The notes below the pieces were generated by a model. The model had not been told where the DNA came from. It saw only the letters and a program-made list of their open reading frames with translations, and made no database searches. The translations under genes were made by a program, and so were the position numbers. Below are positions 12,440 to 25,950 of a DNA stretch of 64,000 bases, in pieces. Position 1 is the first letter of the stretch, and every line of letters begins with the position of its first letter. Origin of the DNA: Camelus ferus (taxonomy: Eukaryota); the NCBI RefSeq assembly GCF_009834535.1, contig NC_045697.1, positions 73,038,001 to 73,102,000 on the forward strand, written 5' to 3'.

Positions 12440-12815
12440 GCTTTATGTGGCACTGTGTTCACGAATCTGTAAGACTGTCACCAGGGAGGCAATGGGATCA
12501 GTTTTCTGTAGCTGTTATGTAACCCTTGTCCCTTTGGTTTGAGATGCTTTTGGAGTTTGTCATCATTTTCATGTTTCAAGCAGTGAAATGGAAAAGGGAG
12601 AAAAGGGCTGCGCCTCCTCACTTAAAGGAGGTTTCCTGAGAGCCCCACTACATATCTACCTGCATCTCCTTATCTATATGTGAGTCACATGGGCCTGTCT
12701 ACTGGGGAGGGGATGGGAAATATACTCTCATAGCTGAGTGGCAGGAAATCAGTGTTCTGATCATTTGAAAGATAAGGCAAGCCCAGATTTAGTAGGCATC
12801 TACAATTTCTGTCTT
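12440..12815 (-). mobile_element. MLT1 (J/K-like) MaLR LTR fragment
   Basis: 'ttaaaggaggtttcctgagagcccca...gtcacatgggcctgtctactggggaggggatgggaaa' is typical of the MLT1 antisense strand. Confidence 0.55.
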
Positions 12816-14564
12816 CCTTTGTTAAAGTAAGAATGTTTAGGCCAGTGTTTCTGTTACTCATGTAGAATGAAACTCCTATATGGATCTTAGAGAAACTAGG
12901 GACTCTGGTTCCGCCTTGGAACACCACTCTAGGGGAAGGAGCATTGAGCAACTGAAGGACTGAGTGAAGTAGGGAAAAATGTATGTTTGACATAAAAATG
13001 TAGGATTGGAGAGTATCAAAAGTGATGTAGGAGAACATTTTCTTAGAGTCAGTGTTCATTGGAACTATAAAGTCATTCTGAAAGCCATACATGAGAGAAT
13101 ACATTTTAAATTAAATATCTTGAGATGAGATCCCTTTACTCTTTTTTAAGAAATTCTTTTTGGAAAGCATAAAAAAATAGTGCCTTGATTTATAGCAAAC
13201 TTCATCCCATAGTGTGCAGTATCATAGTTATCAACAATAATGACAATGACCTCATTCGTTAATCGACATATATCAATGGTGTTAGACTGTGTACTGGGCA
13301 GAGAATTTGTGAAGAGTCAGCAGGCCGAAAGCGTAGTTCCCTGGAACCACAGGAAACTTTTATATAAAAGACTTACAATGGGACACTCAGTCTAACTTGA
13401 GTTGCCTAATGTGATACCTTCTTTCAAAATTTGGTTTAGTTTTACCCTTCTGACACTGGTGGTATTCTTAGAGAGAATAGGAAACTTAATTTTTAGGGTC
13501 TTTTAGGTCTCATTTGAAAATTTCTGTACCAACCGGGAAGGAAGTGTGACAGTGATCGCAGTATGTTGGAAGTGTGTGCACTGATTCAAGTTTTCTTGTT
13601 TTACTAACAAGCAACTAAAAATTTGCAACTTAGAAAATGTGTTTACAAATACTGCTGGATGGGAAATAGCCATATCATAAACTTTAAACAGTATTATAAA
13701 AGTGGCAAGAAAAGCAAAATTCCAGAATCCACATTATCATATTTCTGCATGTTTTTTTAAACAACAATTTATGCAGAAGATATTAATTTATAATAATTTG
13801 AATAAGATGTGGGGGCAAAAACCATATGTTTCTTGGCCAAATATAATCATTCTTTGTGACTCTATTAAGCTATTTAACAAATGACATATTCCATGGTTTA
13901 ATTTTTCAATTCTGCATCATTGTTTTGCACATTTATTACCATCCCTAGCTGAATTAAAAGGATCACCTGCTTAACTTTTACTCTCAATTATCTTAAAAAT
14001 TATTTTGTATTTGTATATCTTGGATTTTCAAAAGTTATCCTTCAATAAGACTTTTCTTGCATTAGGTATACATTGTAGGCATAAAATAATTATAATCTTT
14101 GCCCTTTCAGAATCCAAATGATTTCTGAAAAAAACAGTGGATTGATGAATAATTTTACCCTAACATTAGAAAAATAGTTTCTTGAAACTATAGAGACTAC
14201 AAATGACACAAATGCAAGATAATACTATACAGATATAGAAAAAAATATGGGAAAAGAAAAGCAGGAGATTTTTTAAAAAGCAGTCATACATACTTCATAA
14301 GAAACCAAATAAAATTTGATCAGTTAAGACTATACAAATATATGAGGCCAGGAAATTATTAGTAAAAGCAATAGCAGGTAAAAATCTAGAAAATAACCTT
14401 TGTACTCTTATGATACCGAGTTATCTTATGATACAAGGTCTCAAATAGCAGTGGTGCTTTTTAATTGAAGTGCTCACCCCTTGATCAATTAGCTTTGGTG
14501 TAAGGATGTGTGGCACTCAGAGTAGTACCTGGAAAACAAAAGGTATTGATTATGGTGTCTGACT

Positions 14565-14740
14565 TTTATAAAATATTTGAACATTATTTCATTTGATCCT
14601 TGCAACAATCATAGTGAAAGCAATATTACTACCCTCATTTTACAAATGGAGAAGCTAAACCTTAATGAATGTAAATAAAATTATGAACATCACAAAACCA
14701 GAAAATGAAAGAACAGGCCTGGAACCTAAGACTCTTTGAA
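14565..14740 (-). mobile_element. MIR SINE
   Basis: 'catttgatccttgcaacaatc...ctcattttacaaatggagaagctaaac'. Confidence 0.75.
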
Positions 14741-14929
14741 AGCTTACTTCCAAAATTTTAACCCCTGTAAGTTCTGCTTTCTGTGTGAAAGACTATTTAT
14801 TTCTTTTCCTCACTGAGGAAGTTGCTATGCTGAAAATTCTGGATATAAACAAGAGAACCAAACACAATGTATTAAGGTGTTTAATTTCATCAACAATACA
14901 TTTACTTTCTGATTATTGTATATAAGGGT

Positions 14930-15110
14930 TAAAATGTAGCTTCAGAATTTGCCTGGTTTGAAAATTGACCCTACCAATTGGACAACTTACATGCTACTGT
15001 TCTACCTCAGTTTATTCATCTTTAGAATGGCAACAAATATAAAACTTACTTAACAGTGTTGTGGTATTACATGGATTAAAATGAAAGATTCTTGAATACC
15101 CTGGAGCAAG
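14930..15110 (+). mobile_element. MIR SINE
   Basis: 'ctacctcagtttattcatctttagaatgg...gtgttgtggtattacatgg'. Confidence 0.65.
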
Positions 15111-15699
15111 TTTTAAAAATAAATTTTAGTTAAGATTATTTTTAATATTATGGACATTTGTAAAACAATGACATATTTTCTTTAATTCATGGCTCACTTG
15201 TTTGCAAATACTAAAAAAAATGTTTTAAAAATAGAATATTGAAAGAGCCCTCAATATTGTCAGCAGTCTTTGAGCTTTCCAAGTACGGGGACTGAAATTC
15301 CTTCATCTTTGTGTTCCCAGAACCTGGCACTATAGGACTTCATGTGAATGTTCATTAAGGAAGTTAATCAAGTATCCAAAAATCAAGTATCTTTGCATGC
15401 AGATATTGGAAGGTTGTTCACCTTGCAATAATCTAACAGTGCTGTAATGATTTAACTTACAAATGACTTTTTATGCATTATTACATGTGCTTTCACTACA
15501 ACTCTGTGATATCAAAGTTTCAAAAAATTATTAATGCAAATAATATTTACTGAAATTGTCCAAGATACAAGATACTTTGCTAGGTGCTATTTGAGAGTGA
15601 GTATAAACACACAAGGTTCATATGTTTACGGATATATTTCCTTTACTGAGGAACTTTTACTCTCTGACCTTAATTGGAAATGGTTTAAAAAAAGTATCA

Positions 15700-16180
15700 T
15701 GGACTTCCGGTTTCCTGTTCCATGAGTCAGGAACCAGGAAGTTGCCATTCTATTCCAACAAGGAGTAAAAAGCTGAATAGCCTGAAATATCAACATCTCT
15801 TCTTATATTCATAAGAAAGGCAAACCCAGGGCCAACTGTGACCCCCAAGGCTGGAGAGAAGACGGGTGAACACAGGGAGTCACAGGTTGTGAGAGCAGAA
15901 AATCCTGAGCCAGGCACATCAGGTCTGGACAGCGACAGAAATCACAAGGCATAACAAAAGGCAAAAGACACAATCTGAAGAGACAAGGCAAGCATCAGAA
16001 TGAGCTATGGCAGGGATGTTGGAATTATCAGACTGGGAATTTTAAAGTTCTGATTGTATGCTAAGGGCTCAAATGGATAAGGTAGGCAGCATGCAAGAAC
16101 AGATGGGTGATGTAACTAGAGAGGTGGAACTTCTAAGAAAGAAGCTCCCCTGCCCCCAAATGCTAGAAATAAGAAAATTG
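15700..16180 (+). mobile_element. Old L1M 5' UTR / ORF1-start fragment
   Basis: Starts 'ggacttccggtttcc' and contains 'gcagggatgttggaattatcagactgggaattttaaa...atgcaagaacagatggg', an L1M ORF1 N-terminal motif. Confidence 0.75.
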
Positions 16181-16629
16181 CATTGTATCATGGGGGAAGC
16201 AGTTTCTTCTCTGTAAATAAAGACATTAACAGCAACTCCTGCTTTTGACTGAGATACGTCAAAATTTGCATACCTTCATATGTGTGTCAAAAATCTACAT
16301 GAACATGGCAATTGCATCCAAAAATTTTCTCCGTTCCCTTTCAAAACACTACAAAGATGACAAATAAAACAATCAAATTGTGCAAGTCTACTAGAACAGA
16401 GACTGGCAGAAATGAAAATAGCAGGTTTGAAGGGAGGAAGGCAGCAATTATTGACACATCCACGAGGCAGAAGTTAGAATCTATGTGCTTACAGGGAAGT
16501 TTATCGATGAGAAGTACCCAATCTGCTTCACAGATCCGTGGGAGATCTAAGGCTTAAGGACCTCAGGTGGTGGGGATGAGAGGAAGTCATTAAATATCTA
16601 TGTAATTAATACCTTTTTTTTTTCAAAAC

Positions 16630-16988
16630 CAGTTTCTACTCTTCTTTTCCTGGACAGAAGATAGATTTGCACTTCCTGAAACTCTCATGGTAGGTTGGGC
16701 TGTGAGATTCATTCTGGCTGATTAGTTGTGGGATGAGTAATGCTACTTCCAGTCTGAAGAAATAGCCACTGTGAGGCTCTTTGGAAATCTCCGTTCTCTC
16801 CAGAATGGAATACAGCAAGATTTAAGATGATTGATGCCCCATCACCACAAATTCCTGAATGATGAGCAGAAACGGAACTCAGTCTGTGATAGGCATGTAG
16901 CAATATTAAGAAATAAACCTTCGCTGTTTTAAGATTGAAGATTTGGGCTTGTTACTGCAGCAAAACCTACTCTAACTTGACTGATACA
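16630..16988 (+). mobile_element. MLT1 (H/I-like) MaLR solo LTR
   Basis: 3' end 'gaaataaaccttcgctgttttaag...gggcttgttactgcagcaaaacctactctaacttgactgataca'. Confidence 0.8.
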
Positions 16989-17577
16989 CTCTAGACGTGC
17001 AATTGACAAACCTCCTTTACTCTGTGTAATTAAGAAAATGCCTGCATCCTCAGGTTAATTCTCCGGAAAACCTGAACTCGAAGTGGTCCAGGTTAGGGCT
17101 CAACAGGCACAGCATTGCTAGTGATAAGTTGAAGGACTAAGATGGAGGGTCTATGTGAAATACGACACACTAACCAGAAGAATCTTGGTTTCTCTCTAGC
17201 ATGAAGCATGAGAAGGCCGACGCACAGATATGTATTTGCCAGTGAAGGATTTGGAGAATTCTCTCTAGTAACTGACTAACCTCAGAGAAAAACCTACAGA
17301 TACTGATAATTGAAGTTGCCTCCATGAAAAAACTGCTCACTACTTTCTCATGTTATAGCAATGCATTTCCTCGCCTCCCCCAAACACACCAAACTCTGAT
17401 CAACCCAGTGATAAGTAATGAAATCATTTATTTAAATTAACATTAAAAAAGGGGGGGCATAAAGTGTCATAATGCATGGGAAGATGATAGATACATTGTT
17501 TTGTGACTGTTTAGTTTTCGCTTACAATTTTATATGTCTGTGTGTACTAGGATATGATGCCAAATGTACTTATCACT

Positions 17578-17636
17578 AAGGTTGCTAGATGTAGCAAATA
17601 AAAATTCAGGATGCTGAGAAAAATTTGGATTTGTAC
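17578..17636 (+). mobile_element. MER53 (hAT MITE) terminal fragment
   Basis: 'aaggttgctagatgtagcaaataaaaattcaggatgc' matches the recalled MER53 terminus AGGGTTGCCAGATTTAGCAAATAAAAATACAGG. Confidence 0.65.
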
Positions 17637-17649
17637 ATTTTGGAAATTA

Positions 17650-18900
17650 AAGAGATGATATCCCAAATTTTAAAAGACCGATAGAAAATTTGCAAGAATC
17701 AACTGAACAGACAACTCTGAAAATAAAACAAAACAAAATTGGAGTTCACAATATATATCTCGTCACTGTGCTATACACCTTAAACTTCTACAGGGCTGTA
17801 AGTCAAGTATATCTCAGTAAAATTGAAAGAAAAAAAGAGCAGAAAAAAGCCAAAATATATAAGTATATTAGAATATCAACTCAGGGTGGGGAGTCTCACA
17901 TATCTTTGAAGAAACTGAGAGACAGGAAATTATCATAGAAACAATAAAATAACACTTCTGGAACTTAAAACACGAGTCTTCATATAGAACGTGTCCCCTT
18001 CTACAAAAGGTAAAACAAATGTTAAATCCCATCACTGTGAACTTTTTAACATTAGGGATAAAATAAAAGACCCCCAAATAAGAGCAACACTTGTCTCAGG
18101 CAAAGACTCCGGAATCGAAAATGAATCCTTAGCTTCACTAGAAGACAGTAAAGCAATATGTACATACTATGCAATAAAATTGTTTTAAATTCTTGAATGC
18201 CATACCCAGACGATCTTATTATTAATTGTGAAGTAGAACAAAGAAAGTTAAAAATGTGCACTTTGAAGTGTACTCCATTAAGGCAAGGGAACTTAGGAAC
18301 CCAAGAAACAGATACCCAAGCCATGAAAGTGTGTAAGGGAATTACTAGATTGATGACTTTGGGACAGTATAGAATTCAGGTTGGAATAGGAACAAGCAGT
18401 ATTCTGGGGAAAAAAAAAAGATATTTAGTGGGGGAGTGGAACTGATTCATGCAAAAGCGTAAAGTTCTCATTTAAAATCTGACATGCATAAGGAAGATGT
18501 TTCTGATAGATAAGTGATAAAGCCTGTAGAGCTGATAAAAGAGTTGAGGCATGTGGAAATGTTTAATATTTGAAAACAGATATTTTAAAAATTAACTGGA
18601 GTAGATGAGAAGAGAAGAGCAATCAACACATACAAACAAGTACATGAGACATAGCTTCTGGGAGTTATGTTCACCATATATGTTCACAAATGGAATGTAA
18701 CACAAAACCACTGGATTTAATGATGAGTGACATTTGCATAATCATAACAATATAAAATCTGTCTGAATTAATTAAATATTATGAATAGGTGACAGTATAG
18801 AGAGAAAGTGAAGGGAGACAATGTTGTCAAAGAGCTAAATTCTTCTCTACTTTAATAGGAGATGAGTTGGTGAGTCAATAAATAGTAGTACAAATGTATC
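17650..18900 (+). mobile_element. Highly decayed L1M/HAL1-like fragments, with an embedded L1 3' tail at ~17745-17840
   Basis: A-rich ORF1-like composition ('cttctggaacttaaaacacgagtcttcatatagaa', 'ttttaaattcttgaatgccatacccag'). The embedded tail is 'ctatacaccttaaacttctacagggctgtaagtcaagtatatctcagtaaaa'. Confidence 0.5.
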
Positions 18901-19259
18901 AGTCTAAAAAGGGATAAAAACATCACAGTGAAGACTGAGTTGCAAGTGTTGGCCTCTGAAAAGCAGAAAGAGGGCTAGAGAATGGTGGACTAAAACTACA
19001 AGCATCCTCTATTGTATTTAAATTACATACCATGTAACAACTGGACAATTGGTCAAGGTGTTCCTCTTTTATCATATCTTTGTTCCAAAATTAATTCTAG
19101 CAGATGAATTTCAATAATTTTGCCATCCCATGTATATTATGGCCTTAATAATAGCTGCATAACTATTTACATGCCATTTGAAGCCTAATTATTTCTGTAA
19201 AATTTTAGTAGTATAACTGCATCATTCAGTACCATATAGACATTACAGTACCATGGTAC

Positions 19260-19307
19260 CACACACACAGACACACACAGACACACACATACACAGACAC
19301 ACACACA
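19260..19307. repeat. Imperfect (CA)n microsatellite
   Basis: Direct reading. Confidence 0.85.
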
Positions 19308-20069
19308 TGGTTTATTGTGTGATTTACTATCATGCATTTTCTGCATCTATAGGATGCTTGCTTTTGGAAATAGAATGTCATTTTATTCTACATAATGTTA
19401 CTGGTAAAATATGGTTAAGAATAATTGAAATCATTTTTTCTTGTCTAAATTTTGTATTATATTGCTTTTAAATTTCCTGATGAACTTTCTGTTTTATTTC
19501 TATCTCAAGTGAATAGTGTTAATGACCTTTAATGACCTGCATCTATAATGTACAATGTCATGTCCTATAGTTGTTAATATTTGGACTAGATCGAATCATC
19601 AGTCATTTCTATTGCACTTTAATTCGGACAAATTGTATCTCATTTGCAGCTTTAGGTGCATACGGATGTTGTTGCTATAAGGTTTGTGTTAAGGTTTCCA
19701 TTATTAAATGTATTCATTTAATCAGATTGTTATATTATCACTGCTCACACACACATATTAACTATATTGGCCTCAGTAACTTCATTGGCGTCTCTTTGAT
19801 TGTTATAAAGCTTATCCTGCTCACTTGCTGACAGCATAGAAATTTCTAATCTTTCCTTTGCATTAAATCTATAGCATTTTGACTTTTAATGGCAAGGAAA
19901 CCTTATGTGACAGAAATCATTCTTCCATATGTGCCATGTGAAATCTTATTCACATCCCACTTTATCTGTCCTCCACAAGTCATGTTTTGTGTTTATATTT
20001 AAAGCTGGTGAAACTCAGAATAATGTACAAAGCATCACAATATCATGTAAAAATACTGGAATGTATGTC

Positions 20070-20468
20070 TGTAGTTTGTTTACATCATTCCATCCCTACC
20101 ACCACCGCCATTCTAGCCAAAACTGCCGTTGCTTCTCATTGGACTACTGCAGTGGCTTTCTTGTTGTTTCATGGCAACCTACAAACCGTTTCTGCATATG
20201 CTGTACCCTACGCTCAGATACTCCTCCTTTCCTTTTCCACCTGGCCAAGTCTGACTCACTGTTCTCAACTCAATTCAGGGGTCATTTCCTTGACTTGGTA
20301 AAAGGCCTCTACTACAGGATCTCTGGCTGCTTACCTCTTTTGCAATTTCCTTGTCCCCAGAATCTTTTGTCAGTTTTAATAAAGGTCTGTAAACTCCATG
20401 TGTGCAGGGATAAGTTTGTGATTATCCACCACATAAAGTTAATGCATTTTCATTGAATCAATGAATGA
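20070..20468 (+). mobile_element. L2 3' fragment
   Basis: 'ttctcattggactactgcagtggctttc...ctgtaaactccatgtgtgcagggat...ttgaatcaatgaatga'. This explains the 175-aa ORF 19929-20456 as incidental. Confidence 0.7.
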
Positions 20469-22577
20469 TAGTTTAGTTTAATAATTAAATTATAATTGAT
20501 AATATGTGTCTTGGTTCTTAATCTTATTTAAAGTGTGGCATTGGTTTACTCTTGTAGGCAAATTAATTGGTTTTCTAATATCCAGACAAAATTAGCATCT
20601 ATTACAAACTCAGACCTTATGGATTTCCTTTTTTATTTTTTTGTCCCCCTTAACATCCTACACTGCATGATAGTCATCAAAACCTTTCTATTTCAGGGGT
20701 AAGCATCCTGAAAACATAACTGGAATACATCTGTTTTATTTTTAAAGAGGACCAACCTGTGACCCTGATGACCATTCAAAGCACTCGCCCCCTCCAGATC
20801 TGAACATACTGTGGTCAAGGAGCAAGGTAGGCTTTATACAATAGGCAAGAAATCAAAAGCTGATTGAATTATTGCCATTCAGCAACTAGCAACTAAACCC
20901 CCAGTATCTTCTCTGGGGATAAAGAAATGACTCAGATATCTTTTCCTCACAAAACTTTCAGGTTTGCAGAAGAAATAAGAGATTCATAAACAGCAGAATG
21001 TACATTAACAAGTGATATTGGTGTCCTGTTATCTGAGATCCAAGTGTTACTGTTTTTTACTTCTTGTTTCCAGAAATTTTCTCTTAGCAAAAATTACATT
21101 TCTGGTTTCAAAAGTTCAGGGACTCTTCCAGGCTAAAAATAAGATAGTAATATATGCCTCCCCTAAAGCTCGTCCCACCCTCTACATTCTGGAATACTGT
21201 CAATCTTCTCTGTATCTGTGAATCCCCTGGATCTTCAAATTAAAATTGATTGCTTTCATGAAATGGTGTCTGCCCACTGTTTTACATTAATAAGGTGAAT
21301 GATATATTCTTTTAATTGTGTTTGCCAATGTGAATTTTATAAAACACTTTCCTCCCCTTCACAATCCTTTTTTGTATGTTTTCAGGGTAAATGCTGGAGG
21401 GGCTCCAATTTTGAAGTGTTAAATTATCAAGTGAAATCCTAAGAGCAATTTATAAAAGCGATTGCTGGAAATTAAAATACAAAAACTGCTTAAGGTAAAA
21501 TTCGTGGGGGAACTCTCTTGTCACCACCCCGAGACCCTGCAGAACAGATGGAACTGACTCTCCAGCTTCTGCGTGGGTACCTGCTGTTTAATTACACCCT
21601 AATTAATTAAAGGAAAGACTCCTGGGTGGTTTCAGGAGTAGCGAACAGGAGGGCAGTCAGAAAGAAACACTTGAATTCAGAAGACTTCAAAATTAAAACT
21701 AATAAGCTCAGGAAAGCAATTACTACTAGTCATGGTGGTCATTTTCCAAAGGCAATGATTACAACCACAAATTGATTCCCTCACCGCCACCCCCACCAAC
21801 CCAAAAACACATAGTATGTCCTCTTTTCAATAACTAAGTTTCATAAATATCTTATTGGTGTTTTAAAGAGCACTAAATACATAAATATTTAGAAAATACA
21901 TGAAGACTTTTAGGACCCTAGCAGCATGCATAAAGTTAAATCTCAATGTGTATTTCTTTAGTGATTATTTCTTAAATTTCTTTTTAGATGGTCACAATCT
22001 TTGCTTTGAGAAATGTGTTCAGAAAATACTACTTCCAGTCTTGAGGTTTTACCCGGTTAACTTCTCAGCTAACTGCCTGTAAAAACAGTGGGTAAATACG
22101 AGTGTAACATGCCCAAATGAACAGGATGGTAGTGGAGCGGCATCGCTCTAATTAGCTGTTCAGTAACCATCCCTGGTCTTGCCATACGCATTCTGTGCAC
22201 GTGTTTGCATGTGTATTTGCACTTTTTTTTCAGGCTCTCTGATTTTTCCCTCTTTAACACAGTTGTCACTGGAGTTACAAACCTTTTGGCTAGCTGTATG
22301 AAGAAAGAAAGAAAGGCACCTTTTGTAGAAAACGAATCAACAGGTAAAAAGAACATAGTTGTAGTACACATTAGTTAGGGCTGTGAACATGTTTCTGCAG
22401 CTGTTTGATATGTCATCAGTGGTTATAGCAGTCCATGAGCCCAAGAGACGTTTGCTAAAAGTGAGTGTGGTGTCCATCAGCTGTCTTTTACATGTGGCTT
22501 GGAAATGTTAAGTAATATATTTATTTGTTTTATTGTTTCCTTATTGATTGAAGCGACTTATAGGTTTATAAGCTATA

Positions 22578-22580
<3 letters not shown>

Positions 22581-22608
<28 letters not shown>
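22581..22608. repeat. (TA)14 microsatellite
   Basis: Direct reading. Confidence 0.95.
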
Positions 22609-22613
<5 letters not shown>

Positions 22614-23097
22614 TCATATAAATATATATGAGTTATATTTGGGGTTATAAAGGATAAAATTATTGAAAATGAAATACAGTTGTTGCTGTAGGAAGATTAT
22701 TTGAGGTCATTTATTACTATTATTATAGGTTATTGATACTATTAGTGATTTAGGTAGATGAAGCCTCAAGAGTTCTCTTCTGCTCCATATAGACACCTGG
22801 AAAGAAGTTAAGCTTTTACATTAATGTGAATTTGAAACATTCAATATACAATCTCTTACTAAGAGAAGTATTAATCAAGCATTACTTTCTCTGCCTATGA
22901 ATATATTGCACATAGATTATTACTCAGAATCCCAGAATAATCGTTCATGACTCAATCAGTTATATCCATGTTTGGGCACAGGCTTGGCTGACCACCACAT
23001 CGTGTACTATATGACACACATAGTTATAGAAAGAAGGAATCACCATGTGAGTTTTTTGACTATTAGCATTTTGATTAATTCTTTTTAAATATATGTC

Positions 23098-23680
23098 TTT
23101 TTTTAAACAGTATTATTAAGATATAACTGATATACAAAAAACCCTGCACACATTTAACGTGTACAATGTGATCAGCTTGGACTTACTTACGCCAACAACA
23201 TAAAATCATCACAATCAAGGTGATTTTTTTGTATTCCTTTGGTTTTTATTTTGTTTGGTTTTGTTTTTTTGTGGTAGAAATGCTTAACATGAGATCTTCC
23301 TCTGAACAAATTTTTAAGTGCACTGTACAGTATAGTTAACTCTAGACACAGTACTGTATGACAGATCTAGAATTTATTCATCTTGCACAACTGAAATGTT
23401 ACAGCCATTGAACAAAAGCTCCTCATTTCTCTCTCCTTCCCTTAGTCCCTGGGAACCACCATTCTACTCTTTGCTTCTGTAAATCTGACTATTTTAGATA
23501 CTCCCTAGATTGGGATCATTTGGTATTTGTCCTTCTGTGAGGGCTTATTTCACTTAGCCTGAGGTCTTCCAGGTTCGTCTATGTCATCAAAATGGCAGGA
23601 TTTCCTTCTTTTTAAAGGCTGGATACTATTTCATTGTATGTATATACCACTTTTTAAAAAAAAAATCCATTCATCTGTGA
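23098..23680 (-). mobile_element. L1 (L1MA/L1MB-type) 3' end including ORF2 C-terminus remnant
   Basis: 'accaccattctactctttgcttctgt...ggtatttgtccttctgtgagggcttatttcacttagc...ggctggatactatttcattgtatgtatataccac'. Confidence 0.9.
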
Positions 23681-25209
23681 TTACTTCTTAACTTCCTAAA
23701 AGGCTGGTATTATTATATGCTCTGTCTTCCAAAAGTGAAAATGAGAAGCAGCATATGTTGGAGAAAGTCACCGATGAAGAACAATAGAAAATCGTATATG
23801 ATGAAATGCTGTTTTTCCTATTAAAGTATTGATATGGATATGTCCAGATAATCGATCACCACGTTCTTTGTCTCATAGAATGCTGTCAGTGATTTTTTAC
23901 CGACTGTTTTGTTCTCATTAATAGAATTCCAAGCAAGAAGTATATAGTAGCCTAGAAGGAGATCAGATTGACAACTATTAGAATAAATACATTGGTAATG
24001 CAAAATCATCCATGGGTGAAGGGAAAAAATAGAGCAACTTTATTTTATCCCCCTCTTCCTGGCAAGACACAAAATTATATGTTTTCTGAGGACATGTGTA
24101 ATAGTAATTTCAACATTAAAATATTTCTACATCCTAATTACATGTGTCCCTTTTCTTTAGAGCTCTGATAATTTTAATATCTTAATGAGATATCTGGGTA
24201 CCTGCCCAGTCTCAGGCCCTGAAGCATATTACTTTGCCTGATTTCTAAATGACAGCTTCTTACCGACTAAAGCTGCCAATCACACTATGCTGGGGCTATG
24301 CTGCTATGTGCAGAACCTCTGATGGCTTTATAATGCAAAGATTCCAGAGGAAAAGGGGTCAGGATCTTTGTGTAGTTCTCTCCATTTACAGACACCAGTC
24401 ACCTATTTGACTGGTGATTCATTTCTCTTTGGAAAAAGGATGACTTTTTGAAGGAAGTCCTATAATTTTATGGAGGACAAGGAAGCTTTTTAAGTTACAG
24501 CACTGGCAGCTTCAAACTAAACTTGTGTACTGGTAAACCTGATTTTTCCGTGAAATTTATCTAACTAGCGATCTCTAGATAATGTTCCCCAAATCAGGGA
24601 TTCTCCCCTATCTGGGAGACTGTGCTCTAAGGACTCTAGTTCCAGAAGAGAGAGAAGGAAGTGGTAGACGAAGTGAGGGAAGGGGGAGGGAGGGAAGGAA
24701 ACAACCCAGAAAACAGCAAAGAGAAACGGACGACGGAGAAATTATCTGTAGCCCTCCCTAAGTTCTGTTCTTAATGCCTTTTCTCTTATATCTGCTATTA
24801 ACTGAGGTCGAAGTATCTTAAATACCTTTCATTATCAACTCAGCATGGACTGCCCCACCATGGTTTGAAATGTTATATGATTTCTGAGCATAAACGGAGC
24901 TCTTCTTTTCCTTGGAGTCTGGCCTCACTGAATTTGTCATTTAATTTTTCCTCAGGAGACCATCAAGACCTTTTCCCCAAGACACAAGGGAGGCCGTATC
25001 GAAGACTGGTTGTCGATAGCTTTATTTCCCAATTCCATCTTTAAAATGCATCCTCCTAATATATTCAGGTTTTTCAGATTCAATCCAATGGCTTCTTCTT
25101 TGTAGTAATGAGAAAAAGCATTAATTTATCCCCATGAAAACCACGCAAATTTATATGGGAGCTGGTGGGCCATGGGGGAGAATGGTTTGCAGGTTAAAGA
25201 GTTTTTTAT

Positions 25210-25692
25210 TGTATCCCAATGTGGGTGTGGACAGTGTACTAATTTACCACTTCTATTCTTTCAAATTAATCTTTTTTCTGTCCCACTTAATTTCCAGAGG
25301 GCTACCCTTTTAGTTGTATCACCCAGTTGGTTTCAATTAATGGGAAGAGATGGCGAGAAATGGGAGGATAGAAGGAGAAAGACCTGTGACTTTCTTACTT
25401 GCTCCTTTCCCACTTTAAAGCCTCACTTCTGGCAGTACCTGCATACTTTCCTGACTACAGCTCCTGCCATTTTCCCAGACTCGAGCCCTCACTGCGTTCC
25501 AGGATCACATTTCCTCCCTCTGCCCCTTCAGGACTAAAGGTGACATTTCTCTATCATTTCTAATCTCTGCTTGCTCAGCAGCTCCTGCTGGCTTCCTGAA
25601 TCCTCCCCAGATCTCTGTAAATTGTCCTTCATGATTTTCTCTTTCTTTGAACCACTTGATTTGAATTTGTTTTCTCTTGGAGCCTTGACTGA
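25210..25692 (+). mobile_element. LTR33-like ERVL solo LTR
   Basis: Starts 'tgtatc', contains 'gttggtttcaattaatgggaagagatggcgagaaatgggaggatagaaggaga' and 'gccccttcaggactaaaggtg', and ends 'ccttgactgat'. Confidence 0.7.
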
Positions 25693-25699
25693 TGGTAAT

Positions 25700-25950
25700 A
25701 ACAATAATATTAATACAAATATCTAGAACTTTCAGAATACTTGCCACTCATTGGATAGTGTGCTAAATGTTTTGTATGTGTTATTTAGTCAAATGATTTA
25801 AGTATTCTTCTGGGGTATGTATTACCTCTACTTACAGAGATTAAATTGAGGTTTAGGCAGTACATTATTGCCCAAGGTCTCCCCAGTTTGGTAGGGATCA
25901 TCATGACTCTAAACTGAATCTGGCCACCTGGGAGCCCTTGCAGTGCTGCC
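25700..25950 (-). mobile_element. MIR SINE
   Basis: 'gtgctaaatgttttgtatgtgttattt...cttacagagattaaattgagg...ttgcccaaggtc'. Confidence 0.7.

Noticed and set aside
19929..20456. Longest ORF (175 aa)
   Set aside because: Overlaps a decayed L2, with random-like composition
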